52,318 nucleotides of DNA from Candidatus Heimdallarchaeota archaeon (GCA_019058275.1 JAHLVW010000022.1:1-52318); one strand, 5' to 3'; numbered from the stretch's first letter, positions 32,796 to 43,328 are shown. The notes: generated from the sequence alone by a model not told the origin. Numbers and translations: made by a program.

Positions 32796-32916
32796 AGCTT
32801 ATCACCCTCCTGGGATATAATATGACTTGTAATAATTTAACAATGAAGTATTTAGATTTTTCTCTAATATTTCAGTAAAAGGAATATACACAAATTTATA
32901 TCCTCAATGCTTTTTT
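32796..32916 (-). repeat. Near-identical 5' non-coding block (copy B)
   Basis: See 30295-30416. Confidence 0.9.
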
Positions 32917-33036
32917 AGTGTCAAAATTGACAACATTACTTGGGAAATAGTCAAGGAAGAAGAGATCAATAAACGACAAGAAGAGAAAGAAAAACCTGTT
33001 GAGTAGATTCATTTCCTTATCACCATTTTCCTAGTT

Positions 33037-33651
33037 TTACCTTTCAAAGGAGGAACAAATTTCAGAGTAAATAGGAACCTCGAAGAATTCGTCTTTCTCA
33101 GGAATAAAAACGTAAGCACCAATAGTTACATCAAAACCATCTTTTTCACTAATAGTAATTTTCCCGCGAATCTTGTTGCTTTCTGCAGGAGTCCACCACT
33201 TAGATTCTTTAGATCTTTTCTTGCTGAAAGTTTCCTTCTTTACTCTAACAAGTATCTCGAGCCAACCTAGGAGGTTATTCTTTTCATCAGTGATTTTTTC
33301 CTTAGAAGAATCAATGAGAACTTTCCAACTGTCACGAATATAATCTTCGTCTTCATCAGATAATTCAGCAGTATCATCAGGATGGGAGTGATATTCACCA
33401 AGAATTTGTAAATTAAATGCTTGAAGGAAACCTTGCATCCGTTTCTGAGCAGCAAGGTTGGGTTCCCATTCACCTCCCTTTCTCTTAGCAGTAACATTTG
33501 GGAAAATATTTGTAATCACAATTGCTGGACGATTCTCACCCTCAATCCATCGCCTACTAATAGAACCAATAATAATACCACCAATTTCTTTACGGTAATC
33601 CTCAATAACCGGACCAAGAAGAGATAGGAATGCTTCGGAAGTAATATACAC
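33037..33651 (-). CDS. JAB/MPN+ (JAMM) metalloprotease
   Basis: KEIGG (catalytic Glu) and exact H-x-H-x7-S-x2-D motif (HSHPDDTAELSDED). Confidence 0.88.
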   Translation of the reverse strand: MYITSEAFLSLLGPVIEDYRKEIGGIIIGSISRRWIEGENRPAIVITNIFPNVTAKRKGGEWEPNLAAQKRMQGFLQAFNLQILGEYHSHPDDTAELSDEDEDYIRDSWKVLIDSSKEKITDEKNNLLGWLEILVRVKKETFSKKRSKESKWWTPAESNKIRGKITISEKDGFDVTIGAYVFIPEKDEFFEVPIYSEICSSFER

Positions 33652-33771
33652 ATCCCAATAATCTTCTGGGAGAATAATCGTTCTAATAGCTTAGCCCACC
33701 TTAAAATCATTAATAGCTTATTATTATTGTAACTTGTATTAAACATTTAAGAAGAAAAAGAAGAGTAAAAC

Positions 33772-34659
33772 TCATTCTTTTCTCTCAAGTATAATATTGA
33801 CATGCTCTAATGTCTGATTTGCTTCCCTCACAATTCTCTGATATCTAGTTAGTTTTTCATCTTGTAACTTCCATGAGGGATCCCATTTGTGAGCTAATTC
33901 TTCAACAGCAATCATTCCTTCAGGATTACGAAGGTCACCTAAAGCAAGAATAGCAAATCTAGTTGAAAAAGAACCATAAAAAGAAGACTTGCAAGTTCTA
34001 ACAATACTTGAAAGTTCGGAAATATTCTTCTCTTCTTTTAATTTCCTTATTCGCCAAAATCTGATTTTAATCGGAAAAAAGATGAAAAAGGCAATAATAC
34101 CAGGAATAATTCCAATGAAAACTAAGAGCAAAGCAATGATATCAAAAGTGCTGAAAATAAGGAATTTGTAAGAGTCGAGAAGAGAACTGCTTTCAAGAAT
34201 TTCAACCTGAGAAAGCTCTTTTTTCATCATTGCTTGAGATGAATACTCCTCTATATCGCTACTTACATCAGTTGTTTGGAGTTTCTCAGCATCTGAATAA
34301 GCAAGTAATTCGTCTACAGTAGCAAAATCATTATTCTCTACCAATTTCTTCAAATAATTATTGACATGTTTAAGAGAAATGAGAGTAAAGTTTTTCTTAC
34401 TTCTTTCGCGTTTTGTTTTAAACCTAATCCGTTTTATTTCTTCAACTGAATTTTCTAATTGAATCTTTCCAACATTCAGAACATTAACAGCATCACTCGT
34501 GCCTATTTTGGCTAATGCTTGAGCAATGTTTTTGATCATTTGAATGTCTTTTCCACTAGTTGTACGAAAAACCCAATCTAAATCAGGAATAGCCTCTATA
34601 GTCTTTAAATCACCAAGAGCAGCTATAGCTAAACCTTTCTCCTGTGCTTTACGAAACCT
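33772..34659 (-). CDS. HEAT/PBS-lyase-like repeat membrane protein, probably 5'-truncated
   Basis: AIAALGDLK..EAIP.L (open frame upstream of ATG 34539), AQALAKIG, TM hairpin, AILALGDLR. Confidence 0.6.
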   Translation of the reverse strand, partial: RFRKAQEKGLAIAALGDLKTIEAIPDLDWVFRTTSGKDIQMIKNIAQALAKIGTSDAVNVLNVGKIQLENSVEEIKRIRFKTKRERSKKNFTLISLKHVNNYLKKLVENNDFATVDELLAYSDAEKLQTTDVSSDIEEYSSQAMMKKELSQVEILESSSLLDSYKFLIFSTFDIIALLLVFIGIIPGIIAFFIFFPIKIRFWRIRKLKEEKNISELSSIVRTCKSSFYGSFSTRFAILALGDLRNPEGMIAVEELAHKWDPSWKLQDEKLTRYQRIVREANQTLEHVNIILERKE

Positions 34660-35101
34660 TCACCAGACTTTTTTTGCTAACATTTGGAATAGCTTATGAT
34701 ACGAGCAGATGATAAAGTCAGGATTGCTAAAAACTGTATAGTTCCTTTTTCTTCTGATATGAGAAAATAGGTTGGCAATCCTAGCTCCTGATAATTGCTG
34801 GTCAATAAACGAAAAGACTTCACGTGCTTGTGTTTCAGACGGAATGACCATCACTACAGCTGCTTTTTTTGCTTCTTTCATCGCGAGAGCTCGAAGGAGC
34901 AACAGCTCGTTCATTTGTTTGACAGCTTAGTGACCGTAGGTCAGTATCCTCAATGATTTTTCGTATCTCTTCTTTGGAATAGTCATTTGTTAGTGTATTA
35001 AAAACTTGGACTGGAATTCCTTCTTTGTTTGTATGCAGTTCTGTGAAATTATCGAACAACAACTCGGATAAAGAGATGGAGCTTTGCTGAGAAGTGATCA
35101 T
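34660..35101 (-). pseudogene. SF2 (Ski2/DEAD-like) helicase N-terminal remnant
   Basis: ELLLLRAL...VMVIPSETQAREVF (motif Ia-like), DFIICSYHKL (motif Ib-like); Walker A missing; two frames. Confidence 0.5.
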
Positions 35102-35170
35102 GAGTTTAGTATTCCTCCTGAGAATTAGTCAAGAATCTCTTTGTTCTTAAAAACAGTAATCTTTCCTGCT

Positions 35171-35493
35171 TTATCCACCATACCATCGATCGAGAAATGC
35201 CTTGAATTGAGCCGTCGGTCCCCACCAGTAGACCGCTGTACCGAGCACCCACACCTAACTGTACTGCATCATTTCCACAACTCCCATTATGTCATCTTTT
35301 TGAATGCATTCACTTGCTTTCTGACACGTGATGCACGCTTGGCACGGAGCGATATCTAATTCGTTCAGAATGATTTTCTTAGTTATAGTATTGCCCTCCT
35401 CTGCACCATGAAGAACTTTTTCTATAAGTGTCTCTGTATTGCTGCCGTGGCGTGGCTGCCAACAATACCCAGTGCTCTGATAGGTTCCTTCAT
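35171..35493 (-). pseudogene. Flavodoxin-like / iron-sulfur flavoprotein pseudogene
   Basis: MKEPIRALGIVGS/PRHGSNT frameshift, CQACITC, TAG where the paralogue has Gln (S*VWVLG vs SQVWVFG), truncated after DRWYG. Paralogue of 36368-36961. Confidence 0.88.
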
Positions 35494-35505
35494 AACATTT
35501 ACACC

Positions 35506-36324
35506 TCATTCGGGATCATTCTTCTTCGTATCTCGAGCAGACACAACTTTAGCTGCTTCATCCCAGGATTTTCCTTCTTTGACCATTAAGGAACGAATTT
35601 TGCGATTTTTTGAACCTGGGACCACAATAACTCCCTCCTTTGTTAATGACGCTAGTGATTCTTCAACTACTTCATCTGGTAATTGGATATCGTATTCATC
35701 CTCAGAATCGAGAGTTTGATAACCTAATTCTTCTGTATTGAAGAAATCGGTTTGAGTAAGACCAGGACAAAGTACCTGAATCTTAATATTAAGATCCTTC
35801 TTGTTCATTTCTGATTGCAATGACTTAGAGAAATTACTCAGATAAGATTTGGTTGCAGTATAAACAGTGACACCTGGGTTAGGGAGTCCAACAGCTAAAG
35901 TTCCAAGATTGATAATTGCTCCACTATTCTGCTTGATCATTTGAGGAAGGACAGCTTTTGTCAGTCTGGTGCTGGTAATAATATGAACCTTGATCATGTT
36001 GACTGATTTGGTGATATCAACTTCAGCAAAATAACCTCGTGTACCAAAGCCTGCGTTATTCACTAAGATGGAAATATCATTTAATTCTGCTATTTTCTTT
36101 TCGATTTTCGAAATATCCTGTTCCATGGTTAGATCTGCTGCTAAAACTTCAATTCGTATTGAATGTTTTTCTTGTAGTTCAGCTGCAAGGGATTGCAGTC
36201 GTTTCTTCCTTCGTGCAATAATAATCAAGTTGTACCCTTGAGAAGCCAATTTTCTAGCAAAAGCTTCTCCAATTCCACTGGATGCCCCAGTTATCAAAGC
36301 AAAATTTTTCTTCTTCTTATTCAT
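35506..36324 (-). CDS. Short-chain dehydrogenase/reductase
   Basis: TGASSGIG, NNAG, YTATK, PG. Confidence 0.95.
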   Translation of the reverse strand: MNKKKKNFALITGASSGIGEAFARKLASQGYNLIIIARRKKRLQSLAAELQEKHSIRIEVLAADLTMEQDISKIEKKIAELNDISILVNNAGFGTRGYFAEVDITKSVNMIKVHIITSTRLTKAVLPQMIKQNSGAIINLGTLAVGLPNPGVTVYTATKSYLSNFSKSLQSEMNKKDLNIKIQVLCPGLTQTDFFNTEELGYQTLDSEDEYDIQLPDEVVEESLASLTKEGVIVVPGSKNRKIRSLMVKEGKSWDEAAKVVSARDTKKNDPE

Positions 36325-36367
36325 TCCAAAATTACCTCCAATTTTCTTTATAGTAGATTTAGACTGT

Positions 36368-36961
36368 TCAGATTTTTTTAGAGTGGATTGTTCCAGAGAT
36401 AGCTTCTCGTCCTATGCGTCGAGCTTTTGCAAGCACGTTAGTATGTCCACGCACTTCCCCTCTGCTTTCCACCCCAAGAGCAAGTACAGTCGCAAAATGT
36501 TCCATCCCTTGATAGGGAAGAATATCTTCGAACATCCCTACTGTGTGACGGGCATAATAGGGATCCCCCCAAGCAAGTGGTATAACAAGGATCACGCGTC
36601 GACCCCTAAATACTGTCTTTTTGACTCCATACCACCGATCGATGAATGCTTTGAATTGCGCAGTTGGCCCCCACCAGTAGATCGGAGTGCCAAACACCCA
36701 TACTTGGCTACTTTCCATTTTTTCCAATAGCTTCGCCATATCATCCTGTTGCACACATTCGCCAGTTTTTAAACAAGTATTACAAGCTTGACAGGGTGCA
36801 ATGTTCAGATCATTTAGAGTTATCTTCTTGGTTTGGGCACCAGCTTCCTCTGCACCAGCTAGTACCTCGTCCACAAGAATTTCGGTGTTGCCATTACGAC
36901 GAGGGCTACCAACAATTCCTATAACTCGTTTTTGTTTGCTTCCTTCCAAAGATAGGTTCAC
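36368..36961 (-). CDS. Flavodoxin family / iron-sulfur flavoprotein (NADPH-dependent FMN reductase-like)
   Basis: GSPRRNGNT, CQACNTC-x5-C, TPIYW, KAFIDR. Confidence 0.92.
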   Translation of the reverse strand: MNLSLEGSKQKRVIGIVGSPRRNGNTEILVDEVLAGAEEAGAQTKKITLNDLNIAPCQACNTCLKTGECVQQDDMAKLLEKMESSQVWVFGTPIYWWGPTAQFKAFIDRWYGVKKTVFRGRRVILVIPLAWGDPYYARHTVGMFEDILPYQGMEHFATVLALGVESRGEVRGHTNVLAKARRIGREAISGTIHSKKI

Positions 36962-36999
36962 CTCTGTTTTTTACTAAACTAACTATTTGATTAATCTCG

Positions 37000-38163
37000 T
37001 TATACTTTATATAACAGCTCATGAGCTTTGGCAAGCCAGTTGGGAATATCAATCTGTTGTGGACATTTTTCTAAACATTCTCCGCAATGAACACACGAAA
37101 GAAACGTCTCATCATCAGATAGCCAACTGTTATATCGCATTCGTCCCCCAAAGAGATCATCAAAAATGATTGTCTCATTGTAAAAGCTGAAGATGTCTGG
37201 AATTTTTATTCCGTTAGGACAGGGTATACAATATTGACATTTGCTACAACGGACAGTGGTTTTTTCGAGATACTTATCTCTCACTCGAGATATCAATGCC
37301 AATTCATCTTTAGTCAATGTACCAGGACCAGATTGACTGGCACTAGCTATATTTTGTTTAACTTGCTCAATACTACTCATTCCACTAACAGCAACAGAAA
37401 CCTCTGGTTGGTTCCAAATCCATTGTAGAGCCCAATCCACAGGGGTGCGTTTATGGGATGCAGTGTCCCAAAGTGCCTGTATTTCTAATGGTGCTTTAAC
37501 AAGACTACCACCACGTAGAGGTTCCATTACTGTTACAGCTAATCCTTTTTCAAAGGCATATTCTAATCCCTGTCTTCCAGCTTGGTAGTTTTCATCAATA
37601 TAGTTGTAGAGAATCATACACATAGTCCACTGGTCACATTCATCGATTATCCTCCGAAAAGCTTCGAGATTACCATGATAAGAAAAGCCAAGATAACGAA
37701 TATAACCTTCTGACCTTTTTTGTTCAAGCCAATCTAGAATACCTAAATCACGCACTCTTGTCCAAGAGCATTGTTGACCTCTACTGGGTTCTCCACATTC
37801 CAATGAATGTAGAAGGTAAAAATCTACATAGTCTAATTGCAATCGCTTTAGCTGTTCATTTAGATAACGATCACAGTCATCCAAAGTTCTAACGCCTGAA
37901 ATCAGTAGCTTAGTGGCAATTTTAACCTTCTCTCGGTAACCATCATGGAGAGCTTTACCTATTACTACTTCACTTTTTCCATGATGATAGAGATAACCTG
38001 TACCAATATAATTCACTCCCTGGTCAATAGCGGAGTGGAGCAGCTTAACTGTCTCTTGTTCATCAACTTTTCCTCTGTCGTCATCAATGATTGGGAATCG
38101 AAATCCACCAAAACCCAATATTGATGCCTTCCAATCTAGTTTTCCAAACTTACGATATTGCAT
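37000..38163 (-). CDS. Aldo/keto reductase with C-terminal 4Fe-4S dicluster
   Basis: LGFG, ATK, YLLH, MEPLRGG, CSKCQYC.PCP and CVHCGEC...CP; catalytic Asp position reads Gly (NYIGTG). Confidence 0.93.
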   Translation of the reverse strand: MQYRKFGKLDWKASILGFGGFRFPIIDDDRGKVDEQETVKLLHSAIDQGVNYIGTGYLYHHGKSEVVIGKALHDGYREKVKIATKLLISGVRTLDDCDRYLNEQLKRLQLDYVDFYLLHSLECGEPSRGQQCSWTRVRDLGILDWLEQKRSEGYIRYLGFSYHGNLEAFRRIIDECDQWTMCMILYNYIDENYQAGRQGLEYAFEKGLAVTVMEPLRGGSLVKAPLEIQALWDTASHKRTPVDWALQWIWNQPEVSVAVSGMSSIEQVKQNIASASQSGPGTLTKDELALISRVRDKYLEKTTVRCSKCQYCIPCPNGIKIPDIFSFYNETIIFDDLFGGRMRYNSWLSDDETFLSCVHCGECLEKCPQQIDIPNWLAKAHELLYKV

Positions 38164-38182
38164 TTGTTTACACCTTTGCTGT

Positions 38183-39283
38183 CTAAATACCGGTAGGTTT
38201 CAATAGTTCTGACATTTTTTCATCTAAAGTAGATGAAGGTTTTCCCGGGGGGAGATTTCTTGTACGTCTGAACCAATTGGAAAGTCCCCAACTTAACATA
38301 ATTTTTGGCATAACAATAACATTAATACGAGCGCAATCTTGTTCAGTTACTTCTACATTCAGAGCTCCAAGATTATCTTCTAGCTGTTCAAATGTCCGTG
38401 GACCAATGATAACACTAGTAATACCAGGTTGCTTCATTGTCCATGCGAGGGCTAATTGGCTAATCGTACAACCTTTCTCCTCAGAGATTTCTTTTAGAAC
38501 ATCTAATAAATCATAAACTTTAGATTCAGTCAAATCACTATCCCATACAAATCCCCCTTTTTTAAAATGTGACCAACGTGAATTTTCAGGATACGGTTTA
38601 TCACGTTCATATTTGCCAGTTAAAATACCTCCTCCTAATGGGGAATATGGTATAAGAGCAATACCATATCTTAGTGCCATTGGAACAATACTATTTTCAA
38701 TTAAACGATCAATCATACAATAGAATGGCTGTTCACTTACGAAGCGATTCAATCTCAATTTGTCAGAAACCCAAAGAGCTTCCATAATTTGCCATGGTGA
38801 GAATGAACTGGTACCAATATAGCGAATTTTACCAGCACGAATAAGATCATCAAGTGCACGAAGTGTTTCATCAATGGGGACATGATGATCTGGACGATGT
38901 AGCTGGAATAAATCGATATAATCCGTGCGTAATCGCTTCAAAGAATCATTGCATTCAGCGATAATATGTCTTCGACTCAACCCACTCCTATTAGGATCAT
39001 CCGGGTCCATCGGGAAAAAGGCTTTTGTAGCTAGAATAATTCGGTGACGTTTGCTGTTTTGTTCTAAGGCTTTACCAATTATTTCTTCAGAGCTTCCTGC
39101 TCCTTCATTCACATTTCGTCCACCATAGCGATTAGCGGTATCAATGAAATTTATACCGGATTCTATAGCGTGATTAATCATATCAATAGCTTCATCTTCT
39201 GGTGTACTTATACCGAAATTTATTGTACCTAAACACAATAGACTAACTTTTACACCAGTACGCCCAAGATTACGATATTCCAT
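38183..39283 (-). CDS. Aldo/keto reductase (Tas/AAD-like, no Fe-S domain)
   Basis: IDTANRY, ATK, QLHRPD, YSPLGGGILTGKY. Confidence 0.95.
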   Translation of the reverse strand: MEYRNLGRTGVKVSLLCLGTINFGISTPEDEAIDMINHAIESGINFIDTANRYGGRNVNEGAGSSEEIIGKALEQNSKRHRIILATKAFFPMDPDDPNRSGLSRRHIIAECNDSLKRLRTDYIDLFQLHRPDHHVPIDETLRALDDLIRAGKIRYIGTSSFSPWQIMEALWVSDKLRLNRFVSEQPFYCMIDRLIENSIVPMALRYGIALIPYSPLGGGILTGKYERDKPYPENSRWSHFKKGGFVWDSDLTESKVYDLLDVLKEISEEKGCTISQLALAWTMKQPGITSVIIGPRTFEQLEDNLGALNVEVTEQDCARINVIVMPKIMLSWGLSNWFRRTRNLPPGKPSSTLDEKMSELLKPTGI

Positions 39284-39364
39284 TTTTTAACCTCCTAAAT
39301 TTGAAATTGATTTCTAATTTGGATACCCATCATTTTTCTTTCAACAGATCCAATATGCATCAAC

Positions 39365-39412
39365 AAGATCCAAGGGAGAGACTTCCCACTTTCCAAATTT
39401 GCGATATTCCGT
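39365..39412 (-). pseudogene. 5' remnant of a further aldo/keto reductase
   Basis: Reads (ACG)EYRKFGK-WEVSPL, matching MQYRKFGKLDWKAS of 37000-38163. Confidence 0.6.
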
Positions 39413-39436
39413 AGCTAATCATACTTTGTTGCTTTT

Positions 39437-40498
39437 CTAGTTCCCTGTAGCTGACACCTTCTTTTGTTTCTTCATTTTTTCATAGAGATTTATGCTCTTA
39501 GTAATCATCTCTCTGATGGGTAAATGATAGGGACACTTTTCTTCGCATTCACCACACTGAATGCAATTTTCTGCGCTTTCTACACTAGCTTTCATAAAAC
39601 CTCCAATAGATTCATCAGAAAGCGTTTCTTTCGAAGGCCATAATTTCCATAAAATGGGCATGCACACTAATTGTTCGATTCGAACTCCTTCTGGACAAGG
39701 CATGCAGTAACCACATCGTCTACAAAATTGCGTTCCAAGTTCAGAGCGAAACTTTTCCATCTTCGTTTGTTCTTGAGAAGTTAGTTCCCAAGAACCATTG
39801 ACGATGTTAACAATTTCTTCAATTTCCTTAGTTTTCTCAATCCCTGGAATTGGTACGACATTATCAAATTGCAATAGATATTTGATCGTAAGATTAGCAT
39901 CATCTAATAATCCCCCCGCAAAGGGTTTCATGGCGATAAAACCAACATTATGTTTTTTAGCTAGAGATACCAATTCATTTGCAGGTTCAATTGTAACGAA
40001 ATTAAATGGAACTTGAACTGTCTCAAAATGACTGGTGGTAACAGCTTTTAATGCTACATCTAAAGTGTGAATCGACATACCAATATGTCGAATTTTTCCC
40101 TTTTCCAGAGCTTCTTTGGCTCCTTCCAAAGCCCCACCAGGTTTGAGGATAAGATCTAATCTTTCAAAAGTAGAAGGATTATGGAATTGCCAAAGATCAA
40201 TATAGTCAGTATTTAAGTGTTTTAAGCTTAAATCTATTTGTTCTAATGCTGCTTCTTTACTTTGCCAAGTTCCTTTAGTAGCGATAATTACTTCTTCTCG
40301 TCGATCAGCAATAGCTTTACCAATTCGTTTTTCACTATCTCCATATCCTCGAGCTGTATCAATAAAAGTAACCCCTAGATCGAGAGCTCTTTGGATTACC
40401 TTTATTGCTGCATCCTCTGGTGGTCGTTGAATAGGAATACCTCCTATTCCTACCCGAGTAACTTCCAAACCCGTTTTACCTAATCTTACAGTTTTCAT
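39437..40498 (-). CDS. Aldo/keto reductase with 4Fe-4S dicluster
   Basis: GGIPIQR, DTARGY, ATK, MKPFAGG, two Cys clusters; SD GGAGG before MKTVRL. Confidence 0.95.
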   Translation of the reverse strand: MKTVRLGKTGLEVTRVGIGGIPIQRPPEDAAIKVIQRALDLGVTFIDTARGYGDSEKRIGKAIADRREEVIIATKGTWQSKEAALEQIDLSLKHLNTDYIDLWQFHNPSTFERLDLILKPGGALEGAKEALEKGKIRHIGMSIHTLDVALKAVTTSHFETVQVPFNFVTIEPANELVSLAKKHNVGFIAMKPFAGGLLDDANLTIKYLLQFDNVVPIPGIEKTKEIEEIVNIVNGSWELTSQEQTKMEKFRSELGTQFCRRCGYCMPCPEGVRIEQLVCMPILWKLWPSKETLSDESIGGFMKASVESAENCIQCGECEEKCPYHLPIREMITKSINLYEKMKKQKKVSATGN

Positions 40499-40528
40499 TT
40501 TGTTACCTCCAATGGTATTTTCTTTCAA

Positions 40529-41086
40529 TTACCACCATTTCTTCTTAAGTGGCATAGCAAGCACCTCTCTAATCTCAAATCTTTTAACGTCGTCTTTAAC
40601 GAATAGCTCTTTAGTTGGTGTTGCTCGAGCGATTATTGCAGTATCTGCACCTCGAGCGGTTCCCCCTACGCTAATGATATCTTCATAGAGATGAAGCTCT
40701 CCTTTATCAGCAGCAATAAGAATAATTTCGACAGCAACTTTGAACCCCTGTCCAAATGTGCGGTAAGTTTCTCTTATATCATCCATTCCTTCCAAATGAA
40801 GGGCTAGATGTGTTTTATCTACAGATTTTCCACCAAGTTCGATAATTTGTTGTTTAAAGTTCTGGTGCATTTCTTTATGGGAAACAACAATGATATTTGT
40901 TTGGCTTTTAAGAGCCTTAGAAAATTTCACTCCGGTTTCCCCAGAAGTACTTGCCACGACTACTGTCTTAATGTCGTTTTTCTTTAATCTCTCTTGTACA
41001 ATCTCAATTATTCTCTCTGTATTTTGAGAACCATAATTTGTGAAATATTCAATCTTTCTCATTTCTCTAACAACTCTTTCTATCAT
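40529..41086 (-). CDS. Pyruvate kinase alpha/beta-domain protein (COG1751-like)
   Basis: YF...G..NT, VVASTSGETG, FGQGFKVAVEI...AAD.G, GGT.RGADTA. Confidence 0.88.
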   Translation of the reverse strand: MIERVVREMRKIEYFTNYGSQNTERIIEIVQERLKKNDIKTVVVASTSGETGVKFSKALKSQTNIIVVSHKEMHQNFKQQIIELGGKSVDKTHLALHLEGMDDIRETYRTFGQGFKVAVEIILIAADKGELHLYEDIISVGGTARGADTAIIARATPTKELFVKDDVKRFEIREVLAMPLKKKWW

Positions 41087-42120
41087 AATTTTCTTTGAAT
41101 AATCCCTTCAATAAACTCGATGTTTTCACTAATCATCTCTCGGATAGGTAGTTTGTAAGGACATTTCTCTTCGCATTCGCCACACTGAATACAGTTCTTT
41201 CCACTTGCCACATACTTCGGGTACCACCACTCAGGCTCGTTGAACAATTCCTCTGGCCATAACTTTCTCATACCACGTGCAATCAATATTAATGAGATTA
41301 CCACTCCTTGCGGACAAGGCATGCAATACCCACACTGTCGGCAAAGCTGTGTACCCAGCTCATTGCGAAGCGCTTCCATTTGTTGTTGCTCTTGTGGTGT
41401 TAGCTCCCAGGATCCGCTGTTGACAATATTTACAATCTCCTCGATTTCCTCAACTTTTCCAGTGCCAGGGTCGGGTACAACATTGTCAAACTGCAGAACA
41501 TACTTAATGGCGAGGTTAGCATCCCGCAAATTCCCCCCTGCAAAGGGTTTCATGCCAATAAAACCAACATTCTCTTTTTTGGCCAAGGGAACTAATTCGT
41601 CAACAGCTTCGTTGCTAATAAAGTTAAGAGGAAACTGGACAGTTTCAAAATGACTTGAAGCGACCGCTTTTAATGCCACATCAAGTGAATGACTGCTGAA
41701 ACCAATATGCCGGATCTTACCAGCTTCTAGAGCTTCTTTGGCTGCTTCCATAGCTCCTCCTGGTTTGAGTAAAACCTCATATGCTTCAAAGTCACCAATG
41801 TTATGAAATTGCCACAAATCAATATAGTCTGTTTGTAAACGTTGTAAACTAGAGTCTATGTGCTGGAGAGCGCTTTTCTTATCACGCCAGCCACCCTTTG
41901 TAGCAAGGATCACCTCCTCTCGTCGTTCAGCGATCGCTTTGCCAATACGAATCTCACTGTCTCCATAACCAAGGGCTGTGTCGATGAAGTTGATTCCTAA
42001 ATCTAGAGCGTGTTGAATTACCTTAATCGCTTCTTCTTCAGGTGGTCTTTGAATAGGGATGCCACCAATTCCTATCCGGGTAACTTCCAAGTCAGTTTTT
42101 CCTAATTTTACAGTCTTCAT
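41083..42120 (-). CDS. Aldo/keto reductase with 4Fe-4S dicluster
   Basis: Paralogue of 39437-40498. Confidence 0.95.
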   Translation of the reverse strand: MKTVKLGKTDLEVTRIGIGGIPIQRPPEEEAIKVIQHALDLGINFIDTALGYGDSEIRIGKAIAERREEVILATKGGWRDKKSALQHIDSSLQRLQTDYIDLWQFHNIGDFEAYEVLLKPGGAMEAAKEALEAGKIRHIGFSSHSLDVALKAVASSHFETVQFPLNFISNEAVDELVPLAKKENVGFIGMKPFAGGNLRDANLAIKYVLQFDNVVPDPGTGKVEEIEEIVNIVNSGSWELTPQEQQQMEALRNELGTQLCRQCGYCMPCPQGVVISLILIARGMRKLWPEELFNEPEWWYPKYVASGKNCIQCGECEEKCPYKLPIREMISENIEFIEGIIQRKL

Positions 42121-42248
42121 TTTGCTTTATTCCTTTTAATTTAAAATTAACTTTGATCCGAATACTCTTCAATTATAATGAACAAAATTGCTTTAGCTAA
42201 TAAGTTGCATTCAACAAATCTAATCACATAGATATCTCCATTTGATTG

Positions 42249-43283
42249 TTAGGTTGAAATCTGTTGTTTCTTATACTCCTTAGCTACGCGTTCGTAAAAT
42301 GCTATATTCTCATCAATCATCTCTCGAATGGGCAACTGGTAGGGACACTTTTTTTCACCTTCGCCACACTTGATGCAATTTTTTGCACTCTCAACTGAGC
42401 TATTTACATAATCCCAAGAGAAGAACCAGTCAGCTGGCCAGAGCTCGTATAAGATTTGTAAGTAAATCACACCATCGATAAGTACCCCTTGAGGGCAGGG
42501 CATACAATAACCGCACTGCCGACAAAAACGGCTGCTCACTTTTGAACGGATCTCCTTGATCTCTTGTTGTTCTTGTGGTGAAAGCTCCCAGGATTTATTA
42601 TTGACAATGTCCACTATTTCCTCGATCTCTTCGATTTTTTCAATGCCCGGGTCTGGTACAACATTGTCAAACTGTAAAAGGTACTTAATAGCTAAGTTAG
42701 CATCTCGTATTCTGCCACCTGCGAAAGGTTTCATGGCGATGAACCCAACATCGTGTTTTTTAACTAGAGGAACTAATTCATCTGCCGCTTCGTTACTAAC
42801 GAAATTGAGGGGGAATTGTACGAATTCGAATTGGTCTGAAGCAACCGCTTCCAGTGCTACCTTTAATGAGTGACTGCTAAAACCTATGTGTCGGATCTTC
42901 CCATCCTCGATAGCCTTTCGAGCAAATTCCATGCGATGATTGAGGACTTCTTCCAAATCTTCTAAAGTACTAACACCGTGAAATTGCCATAGGTCGATGT
43001 AGTCAGTGTTCAGACGACGCAAGCTAGTTTCTAAATGCTCGAGAGTTCCACCTTTAGTTGCAATAATCACTTCTTCTCGTCGTCCAGCGATCGCTTTGCT
43101 AATTCGTTCTTCACTCATCCCATTTCCATAACTATATGCAGTGTCGATAAGGTTGACACCCAAATCAATTGTTCTCTGTATCAATTTTATAACTTCTTTT
43201 TCAGAGGGACGTGTGAGTGGAATACCACCCATCCCAATCCTGGAAACCATCAAGTTAGTTTTACCAAGTCTTACCTTCTTCAT
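42249..43283 (-). CDS. Aldo/keto reductase with 4Fe-4S dicluster (one Cys ligand lost)
   Basis: Paralogue; second cluster reads CIKCGEGEKKCP. Confidence 0.93.
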   Translation of the reverse strand: MKKVRLGKTNLMVSRIGMGGIPLTRPSEKEVIKLIQRTIDLGVNLIDTAYSYGNGMSEERISKAIAGRREEVIIATKGGTLEHLETSLRRLNTDYIDLWQFHGVSTLEDLEEVLNHRMEFARKAIEDGKIRHIGFSSHSLKVALEAVASDQFEFVQFPLNFVSNEAADELVPLVKKHDVGFIAMKPFAGGRIRDANLAIKYLLQFDNVVPDPGIEKIEEIEEIVDIVNNKSWELSPQEQQEIKEIRSKVSSRFCRQCGYCMPCPQGVLIDGVIYLQILYELWPADWFFSWDYVNSSVESAKNCIKCGEGEKKCPYQLPIREMIDENIAFYERVAKEYKKQQIST

Positions 43284-43328
43284 TTTCCTTTCTCCTTTCA
43301 ATTATCAGTGGTTGTTATTCTTACTAAG

